Assembly (NCBI RefSeq): GCF_964355755.1
Contig: NC_092673.1
Span: forward strand, 16,588,948 to 16,652,947
Source: Antedon mediterranea
Lineage: Eukaryota > Animalia > Echinodermata
Length of the DNA: 64,000 bases
Direction: 5' to 3'
Shown here piece by piece: positions 48,875 to 59,400 of the stretch (positions within the stretch are counted from its first letter, which is position 1; each line of letters starts with the position of its first letter). Made by a program: the position numbers and the translations under genes. Under the pieces are notes generated by a model, which ran no database searches, was not told the origin of the DNA, and saw only the letters and a program-made list of their open reading frames with translations.

Positions 48875-50194
48875 GGGTCGCGTCACAACTAAAGGAGCCG
48901 CCGGCCTTGTGTCGCAAAAGCTATAATATTGCTATAATTAGCTTTGAATGTTGGAATAGTCAATTTAAAATAATTATTTTTTTCTTACATATTCGACATA
49001 TTCAACTATTATAGTTTACTTGTCCTTAAAACTTAATTTTGTTCCAAAATACATACATTTTGACGTTTTTTTATAGACAATATTGTAAGGTTTTGTGTGG
49101 AATTCTGACTATTTCAGTCGTAAACGGCCGGCCAAAAATCATCTACCTTATTTTTCAATCGAATGTTCCCGCCTTTCCAAACATTGTCACAACTGGTATG
49201 GTTTTAAAGCTTGTAACGTCATCTTTCAGAATATCATGAATAAACATTTAAATATGCAATCATAGTCCAATCACAATCACTTTTATAAAGGCTTCGGCCT
49301 TAAATACAGCCAAACAAAAGGGACTAATCGCGTCCTCTGATTGGTCAATCACTTGTGAACGTGCGTAGACGTATTGTTTACTACCTTGGTAAGCTGTTCG
49401 CACGAGGTTTACAGTGTGCTACTACATTATTGTCCTACTTTAGTGTTATAATTTACAATCTTTTAATAAACTATACTATAATTCTTTTGCATCATTCAAA
49501 TTAATAGTTTGATATAATTAATAGAAATGTCAGAAATTCTGATAATGAACGATCAGAAAAAGTCATAGCTGACGCTTTAAATGCTAGCCTTCTTGCTAAT
49601 GCTAAAGCCTGGATGATGGGGATAGACGAAGATTCTGACGGCGAGGATAGTTATTGAAAACGAAGAAGAATGTGTAAGAATTTGTATAGGCCTAATCATG
49701 ATCTAGAGTAGAAGTGAGTTATGTTAACAGATTGTGTGTGCTCAAAATAATCCATTAATCAACATAATTATGTAATTTTTAATTGTTGTATTTTATATAT
49801 GAAGATGATAATAAAATTGAAAGAAATTAAAGTGTAATCTATACTCGTATTCATTGTTTAAGTGTTAAAAATTTCATGTAGATTCAGTAATAATAACTAA
49901 TGGTATCCAAGGCGAATGTGTTGTGGTTATTGAATAAAACCAATGTAATGGTCCACTGAACTTAAAAGGCTGTTTTCTAATTGTTGATAATCTATTGAAT
50001 TCGGAAGTAATCTATTGAATTCGGAAGTTCTTGGTTGAAATAGGGTCATATCTTAATTGCCTTGAAATAAATTATAAAGCAAGTTACATTATTTTTTTTT
50101 AGAAAGCTTAAAGAATGGAGATTAATATTATAATAATAATTTAAAAAAAAAAAAATAATTTCAACCCAAAGCTCCTTTTGTGGTGACACGACAC
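48875..50194 (+). mobile_element. Non-autonomous DNA transposon (Sola1-like), copy 2
   Basis: TIRs GGGTCGCGTCACAACTAAAGGAGC / GCTCCTTTTGTGGTGACACGACAC with TSD ATAT (48871-74, 50195-98). Confidence 0.75.
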
Positions 50195-50277
50195 ATATCT
50201 CTTTTGTAAAATAGGATACAAACTAAACGTCGCCGCGCGTCTTTGGACACTCACACTCACACACACATTAGGCTATT

Positions 50278-51162
50278 ATGGGGGGGGGGGGGGGGGGCGA
50301 GGGAAATGGTAGATATAAAAAGAGAAATTTTAACAGAAAAAAAAGCACAACAAAACGGGAAATGATGCTGCGAAGATCAGTAACTGAAAAGCTGAGAATT
50401 CAAAGAACAGAATACTTTGAAGAGAGATTTAAACGAATTCTGTTGATCAAAGGCTACGATGTACATCGAGACGTTTACACAGACCATACCACTCACGAAA
50501 TTTATTATGACCATCAATGGTACATTCCGGGGGAAGCGGATGTCCGGATTTCGAAAAGTATGGACTTTCATCCAACGATAGCACACACGGACTTGTTAGG
50601 AAAACCGATATTGAAAATGATGATCGCATATCTACTCCAGGGAGCGAATATAGAATTCGCATACACTGGTCGACGTAGGCCTACGTATTTCATTGAGGAA
50701 TTGGACGAGTATCTGCAAAGAATTCGGTTGCAATACATCAAAGGCGTAATTGTACAGTTTTACGATTTTACAAAGACAGGAAAGAGGGAAGTCTTGACAA
50801 CTTTCTATCATAATGTACTGGATGGTATGGAACGTGAAATGACCAGAAAACACACTTTCCTACCGAAAACTCTGTGGGATGTAGTAGAGAACATTTACGT
50901 TCCACAGGGACTCTCTCCTCTTCCAAAGTCGTTTATAGCAGGCACGCAGATGGCTATGCAAAAGGAATATAAATTTATCATGAAGAAATTACATCCCCAC
51001 ATGACACCGGAGCTCATACAAGAATATTCTAAATTCACTACATCTGATATTCCGGACGACATTCGCATTTCCGAAAGATTCCGTCTAAAGAAGAGTGAAG
51101 AAGAAGCTGACAAAGACGATGTAATGAAGACATTTGTAATATTTCAAATTCATCATGATTGA
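50278..51162 (+). CDS. Hypothetical protein (266-294 aa; likely start 50362)
   Basis: Long intronless ORF with AATAAA downstream. No family recognised. Confidence 0.75.
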   Translation: MGGGGGGEGNGRYKKRNFNRKKSTTKREMMLRRSVTEKLRIQRTEYFEERFKRILLIKGYDVHRDVYTDHTTHEIYYDHQWYIPGEADVRISKSMDFHPTIAHTDLLGKPILKMMIAYLLQGANIEFAYTGRRRPTYFIEELDEYLQRIRLQYIKGVIVQFYDFTKTGKREVLTTFYHNVLDGMEREMTRKHTFLPKTLWDVVENIYVPQGLSPLPKSFIAGTQMAMQKEYKFIMKKLHPHMTPELIQEYSKFTTSDIPDDIRISERFRLKKSEEEADKDDVMKTFVIFQIHHD

Positions 51163-51313
51163 AAAAAAAAAAAAAAATTATAGAATGCATTTGCTTTTTC
51201 TTTTAATAATTCTTTTTCTCGAATAAATATCATTTTTATTACAGAACATTTTTGTTTTGTTATTATTATAAACACATGTTATGTATACTTGTTATATAAA
51301 AAAATCGATTTCT

Positions 51314-52642
51314 TCAACCCGTTTCAAGAAACATCTCAATGGGAACCAATACGCCTGGCTCGCGGACATACTCACAATCGAGCCAACGATAGCCGGATGT
51401 CTCGTACAATCGTTTAGCGAAAAGACGTTCGTCGAAGAAACACATATTATGTAAAGTTAACTTGACGACGTTGATGATTGGTGTCATGAATTCAGCCATG
51501 CCTGCCTCGTCGATATTCATTTCGATCAGGTTCAAATGCCTCAGTGCGGTGTTGGGGCTCGTTTCCATCTCACCGAACGGATCACCTTTGCAATTCTTTA
51601 TCGTTATCGTGTTCAGGTTCGGATGTTCCGACATGACAACAGAAAGAAAACCTTCGTCCACTATTGAATTTAGCAGAAACAAAGTGGTCAAAGAGTCCCA
51701 GCTCATCAATCGCAAGCCGACTGACATGTCGACTCGGTCATCCGTGTAGCCGTCCAACGAAAGTTCTAGAGAGGTTTCTTTTGAAGATTCGGCGAAATGG
51801 TCGATGGCCGCATTTAAACTGGTCCGATTGACCATCTGCATCCACACTGTGTCTTCTTTGTTTCGTGTGTAGGGACGAACCTTCAACACTTCGGTTTCTT
51901 TCCACACGGACGAGACTGTGATTAGGTTAAAGTAACGTCCAACATCTGCCCCGTTGGAGCGTCCGTCGTACACGATCAACAGCCTGTAGTTCAGATTTTG
52001 ATCCGTCTCCGTCATGTCGCAGTTGGTCAGTACCACGTAGTAGGTATATTTGCTAGAAAATCCATCGGGAACCAGGGTTTGGCGAACGTCGTCCAAGTGC
52101 ACTTTCATGTTTTTGCAATGTATCGATGAATGTCCTATTTTGTCCGACGGGATTAGTTGATTGGCAGCCGGGTGGAAAACAACACCGGTGCACGAGTCCA
52201 ATTCCAAATACTCCAAGCAGACCACCGTTTCTTCCAAGATGCGATGCAGTGTTCCCTCTCTAAAATGCACATTCTTCAGCACTAGGTTAGACATGTAGAA
52301 TTGCGGCAAAGTCGATTGCGAATCGAGAACCGGCTTAAACTTTCGCTTCACGCACATCAACAGGCTTCCGGCGGATGGTCGGCAGCTTTGAAACGTGTCA
52401 ACCGTACCGTGACGTTTACGTTTGCACAGTTGTACGGCCGCCTCGGTTGCGATCAATTCCAAATCGCCCAACAATCCGGTCATGTAGGGACTCGAGTTGG
52501 CCAACTCTAACTGAGACACGTAATCCATGAAGGAGAAAATGTACAGCAGCAATTCGGTCGGCAGGTTGCACAAATTACAACGGTCGTTCGTTCGTTTTTG
52601 ACATCGTTTCGCTCGTTTCCTTCTTTTTCTTCTTCCTGCCAT
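51314..52642 (-). CDS. F-box/LRR-like protein (442 aa)
   Basis: LCNLPTELLLYIFSFMDYVSQLELANSS (F-box), followed by LRR-like LEYLELDSC, LTTLFLLNS, LNTITIKNC, LRHLNLIEM. Basic NLS at the N-terminus. Confidence 0.8.
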   Translation of the reverse strand: MAGRRKRRKRAKRCQKRTNDRCNLCNLPTELLLYIFSFMDYVSQLELANSSPYMTGLLGDLELIATEAAVQLCKRKRHGTVDTFQSCRPSAGSLLMCVKRKFKPVLDSQSTLPQFYMSNLVLKNVHFREGTLHRILEETVVCLEYLELDSCTGVVFHPAANQLIPSDKIGHSSIHCKNMKVHLDDVRQTLVPDGFSSKYTYYVVLTNCDMTETDQNLNYRLLIVYDGRSNGADVGRYFNLITVSSVWKETEVLKVRPYTRNKEDTVWMQMVNRTSLNAAIDHFAESSKETSLELSLDGYTDDRVDMSVGLRLMSWDSLTTLFLLNSIVDEGFLSVVMSEHPNLNTITIKNCKGDPFGEMETSPNTALRHLNLIEMNIDEAGMAEFMTPIINVVKLTLHNMCFFDERLFAKRLYETSGYRWLDCEYVREPGVLVPIEMFLETG

Positions 52643-52959
52643 TTTAATTCTTTTTAATTTTTTAATTTATTTATTTTTTAGATGTCTTTTCGGCAAAATC
52701 TGACATTCGACTGAGATGTTTTGGAAACGTCAAGTTCCATTTTATGCATTCTTAGCGAAACGAATAATTCGCTAGAGCGTATAGGTAAAGTATCTGAAAG
52801 GTATTCGAGCTTTTGCGTGCCTGATTCGATTTTGTATGCATGTGAACTAGTAATGCATCTGTTATCGAATACGTTTCGATATTATTATAGTAGGTTTTGT
52901 TTGTTTCTTGGCGGATTATAATGTATTTTAAACTCTATTATTTAGTCTTTATTATAATC

Positions 52960-53360
52960 CACAACAAACGCGGTGGGTATAATATTGCACCATCATTATT
53001 TTATGTGTGTGTGTATTAAACATAGCATCTAGGGTGAATATTAGTCTTTATATCGACGTCATCTACAACAAACGGTGGGTATCTGACGTATTTCATAACG
53101 CATCCAGATTGCAAGCGTGGGTATAATATTGCACCATCATTATTTTATGTGTGTGTGTGTATGTGTGTGTATTAAACATAGCATCTAGGGTGAATATTAG
53201 TCTTTATATCGACGTCATCTACAACAAACGGTGGGTATCTGACGTATTTCATAACGCATCCAGATTGCAACCGTAGGTATAATAATATTGCACCGCCATT
53301 ATTTTAGCATCTTACGTGTACTAAATATAGCTGACATCATCATGGGTAGGTGACATCATA
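52960..53360. promoter_or_regulatory. ~145-155 bp tandem repeat (x2.3) with CRE/AP-1-like sites between divergent genes
   Basis: Unit GTGGGTATAATATTGCACC... carries GACGTCA and TGACGTA, followed by two TGACATCA sites. A regulatory role is inferred. Confidence 0.45.
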
Positions 53361-53414
53361 CAAGTATAATGTATTATAGTACGACTCTCCGTTTACAATC
53401 ACTATGCAAGAGAA

Positions 53415-56400
53415 ATGGATTTGATGACACTCGTAGTGTTTGTGCTCTCGACGACCAATGCAATGTCCATATTGTACGGTACGTTTTCGGCTGCTCAACA
53501 TAGGTTATCAATGTCTGATTATCACCGGGAGTTTTACAATCAAAACTCACGAGACATTTGGATGATGTAAGTAAAAAAAAAAATTGTTTTTCTGCTTCAT
53601 CTTCTTCTATTACTTTTCTAGTTACTTATGCATAGGTCACGTCTAGGCTAGGTAGGCCTAAATTGCATGTATTGCAAGTTGCTAGCCAGGTAGCGATTTT
53701 TTTTTTCGTACATAATTTGGGGACCCCTCATGAAACGTCACAAAATAAACATGAATAATTCATCAGTTAAATTTGTTTTTCCGTGTGCACCCAAGCGTAT
53801 AGCAACAAGAAGTGATTAAACTAAAGCGATACGATTCTTTCTACAGTAGAAAAAATTACGCGGCCTGGGATTCTAGGTCAATTCACGTGATTGCCTTCGC
53901 GCCCTCTTCTTCACACACACACCACTGGCATGCATAATGTGTCAAGGCTAATCGTAATTCTGCTATTTTATTATCAAACAATATGTACTCAAAGAAAAAT
54001 GCGCGTATATGAACACATGAGATGGGAAAGATTAGACCCACGAGAATAAAAAATGTATTTTTGTGTAATGTTTATTGTTTAATTTTGCTGACTTATATTA
54101 GTATTACTCGGACTGTGTCATACCTAACACACACACACACACACACACAGCTACTACTTGAATAGACCGTGGGTTTAGAGACTAACATTAGGCCTAATAC
54201 ATGTAGTATTAATAGAAACTATCATTTTTTAACACGTAATTCTTTAGTAATAAATTATATTAAAAACACCATAAACTAAAGGCTGATTATTTTGACAATC
54301 CACACAAAACGCCGTTATTCTTTTATGAAATTGCACGCCGCAACCACAGCGTAGATAGGCCTAGAATCGTACCGCGCGCGCACTTGTGTAATCACTTCTT
54401 GTTGCTATACGCTTCGGGTGCAAACGGAACAAGAACATTTTTATTAACTGATGAATTATTCATGTTTATTTTGTGACGTTTCATGAGGGGTCCCCAACTT
54501 ATGTACGAAAAACAAAATCGCAGCCAGGTAGGCCTGTCCCCCAAAATGTATTTTATTTTTACTGCTTTTGGAATACCTGTACATATACAGTCAATATATA
54601 AAGTGTTGCATGTAGTATGCCTATGGACTTAGTGAGTTATGTTTTGTATAATCCACTGTGTTGTTGCTGGTAATGTGTTTACATTGATATAGAAAAGTTA
54701 TAATTTTGAAATACATTGTATGTTTCTACGGTGGTTTCGTTATTGACAAAAAGTCATACCCCCTCTATAGTTTTAATCTTAATATTTCCATAACCTAACC
54801 AGAGAGGGCGCACTATAATAATAATAATAATATTTATTTGGAACAACACTTTTTTAACAGTGGCACACATGCGTAGATGGTGCGTCCATACCAATCACAA
54901 CATTAAAAATAAAAACTGAAACGAAAATAAAACATATTTGAGATAATGACATAAAATTTGACTCGAAAATATGAATATTCATGAGAAAATGTTAAATGAG
55001 CGGTTATTTTATCTTACTATGGGATGGCGAGAAAAAAAGCGTGTTTCTTCGAAGCCTGGTGAGTAGTTGAAATTTAGAGTGTAAATATGCTTAAAATTAG
55101 TAATTATTCAATGTAAAAATATGGTTAAATTTGGATATTTATATATAATTAGTTGTTAGTCACTTTAGGAACTGAGATTTATTTTATTTCGTAGGCAATT
55201 GTTACGAGAATTGTTAATATAAGGTTTCAGCTTGACGTGAACCGTATTTGAATTGTATACAGCATGGCCAAGATCGCCCCATCTAGTAGGCCTAGGCTAC
55301 CCCCACGACGTGGGTAGTCAGGTCCACTTACCAGGTTGACGCGACTTGGCTTGGCTTGTATATAAAGATAATGATTATTTTTGATTTAAAAAAAAATACA
55401 TTAGCCTAGGCTTAGTTTAGGTGATAATATTAATGTAAAATTTTAAAACTTAACATAGGCTAGCCTAGGTAGGATGGATATCTGGATGGGGTGGACTGGG
55501 TAATAATAATGATTAAATCAGCGATGATGTCCAGTATACTAGCTAGCCTAGGCCTAGTAGTAGTAGTAGTAGTAGTTAGTAGGCCTACTAGGAGGCTAGT
55601 ATATCCACCCATTAATTAATGAATTCAGTAATATAAAAGATACTGTTTAAATGGTATGTATATTATTTAACCTAAAACCGTTTGTTTTAATATTTATAGT
55701 ATTAAACAGTTTTTTTTAAAGGGTAATGAGGAAAAAATATGTACTTTTTACTTTAGTCAGCTTTGTCAAAATGTTTGTAGGCATAGGCCTAGTCCCTCTA
55801 TTTAAATAAATACTTGAGTTGACAACACTGCAGTTAAATTAATATTTACTGATCCAAACATGTCTTGGCATTTAAACAAATAACATATAATATTTTTTTT
55901 TCAGAACACATGGATGTGCTCCAATCAATATTGTCACAGTCAAAAGTGATGGGCATTGAAGTTAAATGAAAAGGGTAATTTGCATAGAACTATTCAGGTG
56001 TATTACAAAGGATGCCATGGTTTTGGCACAGAATGTATAAGAATATCAAATGACAGTTCTCCTACTATACATCCACAATAACAGGAATGAATTCAGTAAT
56101 ATAACAGATACTGTTTAAATGGTATGTATATTATTTAACCTATAACCATTTGTATTAATTCTTATAGTATTAAACAGTTTTTTTTTAAGTAAGTGAGGAA
56201 AAAATATGTACTTTTTACTTTAGTTACCTTTGTTTTGTAAGCATAGTCCCTCTATTTAAATTAATACTTCAGTTGACAATGCTGCAGTTAAATTAATATT
56301 TACTGAACCAAACATGTCTTGACATTTTAACAAATAACATATAATATTTTTTTTCAGAACACATGGATCAGCTGCAATCAATATTCATATACTGTTTAAA

Positions 56401-59400
56401 TGGTATGTATATAAACTAACATTTGTTTGAATATTTATATTAAACACTAATTAAGTGAAGAAAAAAGAAATGTAGGATGTTGTCTACAGTTAGTTGACAT
56501 AGCAGCACTTCAATCATCTACTGCTCTGCATAAATGTATGCAAGCACACCTAACTAAATTTTGTTTATACAGATATTTCCAATATTGCAACAGTTTGTTG
56601 ACATAGCAGCACTTCAACCATCTACTGTTCTGCATCTGCAAACAAAAACAAATATGTTGATAATACTATTATTTCTACAAAATCATCAAAGGTTTACTGA
56701 TGGTATTTAAAATGCATACTGTGCTTCCTTTTCACAGCATGTTTTATTTTTGCTTGTACTTCAGGTTGTGTGAAGATTAAGTGATTCTTCATCACTGACA
56801 TTGTTTTTGCCAGAACTGACTTTACACCATACAGACTTCTTTTTTTTTTTTGGTTAAATGACCAGTGAATAAGTTCACCCACCTGCTCATTTAACAAGCT
56901 GATTCCAACATGCCATCACTTTAAAAATTCCACAACATGAAATTCGAGCATGTGCAATTTTGGAGATATGTTGATCTCCAATTTTCTGCAGTTGGACATG
57001 AAGTCTGATATATTTGAAGCTGTAAGTAAATTAATATATAAATTTAATTAATTCTTTAATAAGCAGCTGAGTGATAGAAACTCAATTCAGATTTTTTTTT
57101 TTTTTTCTTACCAACAATATCAATTTCATTCTCAGTCATTGCATTGGTATGGTTGATTGCCTTGTGTATGTCTGAAAATTGGTGGAAGATAGGTGTATAA
57201 ATCAATTGTGATTGCAATTTTTCAAGAAATCCAATTGGGATATCTGAGCTTTGTTCCTCTAGAACCTGGTTTGATGCAGATGTTAGCTGGTGAATAATAT
57301 CAACCTGTGAACAATATTGTCAATTGGGTAAATATTCAAACATTGCAACATACAACACTTAGTTTTTTAATAATAGTATTGTCATTAAATTTAAACTGTA
57401 TACTATCTTAAGTAGATGGTGTATTGTTTATTTTTATAATCACCTGGCAACACTTGTGTACATGATTGCCTACAAAGGCCTTCCCATGATAGGCTTGACT
57501 AGGAACCTTGTTTTGTTTGGAGAACTTCCTCCATTGCACAAACAATTGGCCCAGTGCCCTATTTCAAACCTTTGTTCAATTTTGTTTCCTAAAAAAAATA
57601 CATAATCTGTGTAAACTACTTTTGAATAATTAATTATGCATTCAGAATACAGTATATGTATGTGTAATACTATTCGTACTTAACATGCCATGTCTTTGAT
57701 TTCTTGTTGCTTTTCAGCAATACTCATAATTTGTGTCTTTACAGAATCAGATGCTGATGCTTCTGATTTGCAGTTTAAAAATACAAGCGGAATTTCATCT
57801 TCTAGGTGGGAAATTTGTGCTTGCATATCTGAGATGTGCTTCATCAATGCTGAATTTGTTGCAGCCTGCTCTACAGTAATTTTGTCGAAATTATTGACAC
57901 CTCCATCGGAATTTTTTTTGCCTTAACCTGAAGATCTCTGAATCCAATGTGTGCATTTCATTTTCTAACAGGTCATATAATTTCTTAAACACTCCTAAAG
58001 AAATATGGAGGCTTGGTACAGATACCTGCAATAATAACACATTTTCAAATGTAACCTCAAGATTTTATATTAGTACTATTACTTTATTATTTCAGTACTT
58101 GTACAAGTGTCGGACTGTATTATGATACAAATTGGTGAGCAGCATCATCATGGTGTTGTAGTAGAAAGGATGATAGTAGACATCAATGAACAATGGTGTT
58201 TCATTTTATCATTCTCCATAATGTGTGTCATGGTCACCTAAAGGATGCACATTGGACAAATGATGCACTTCTACCGGGGGTCATATGGTAAGTCACACAA
58301 TTGATAAGTGCGATATTTCCTACATGGTTGATGTCAATAGGCACCATTGTTTTTCTGATTACACTCCTGTATACCTCCTTGGAGTTTACCATTCCATGAT
58401 CTTCAAATAATTGATAGTCTTCATTCAATGTCTTTATAATAGACCTGTGGTCTTTTGGAACATCACCTCTGCATATCTGATGTTTGGTATGATGGCAAAA
58501 GAGACTGCAGTACCTTCCTAATGAAAGATTTGAAATAACAATTAAGGTTTGTATACAATAAATTATAATTCACATTAAATGCATATTAAATAAGATACTG
58601 TGTCTTACCATTTGGTCCATTGAGGCCATACATCCCTGACAAAAACTCCTAGTCTCCAAAGAAAAAGAGACGAATTTTGTGGCCCCTTAAAGGAAAAAAA
58701 AAATTAAAATTAATACAGCACACAAAAAAAGATTGTTTTTTAAAAATTAAAATGATTTTAATGTTGAAGACATACCTCCATTCAGTTTCTTCGCATACAT
58801 CCGGAAATACCCTGCTGATGTTGATGGTATAATCTGCTGACTCAAACATTAGAATAACAATAATGTTGCGAAGGGCATTTGGTTTCTCTAGACTGCAAAT
58901 TTGCAGTTCAAATTTCCTACTGCCACCTCCTTTGTCACCTCCAAAAATTTGATCCATACTTCTTTGTTGTAGAACTTTAGATTGTTTAATCTGTAAGTGA
59001 AATATACAATATTGTATTTTATTGTTTGCATAAATTTGGAGTTACAAAATGTAAAATAAGCATGTTATTTACTCATGATGGTGGTCCAAGTAGGAAAACA
59101 TCAACCTCTCAATATTAATCACTGGCAAAACAGGGGCCAGAAAATATTACAAATGCATTCTCAGCATTTGCTGCATCGCTTTTTAAGATGAATTCATCCA
59201 TGGAACCATGTAAGTATCCATCTACAATATCCAATTGGTGATCTCGCATTTTGCCTTCTGATGCTATAACACCTGGTTTCACATATCTTGAATAGAATTT
59301 AGAATAACAATTGTAAAATGACATTTTAAAATACAGCTAATTAAAATGTTGATATATTATTTTATGCACCACTATTTTCTTAATTTTCATACTTGCCTTC

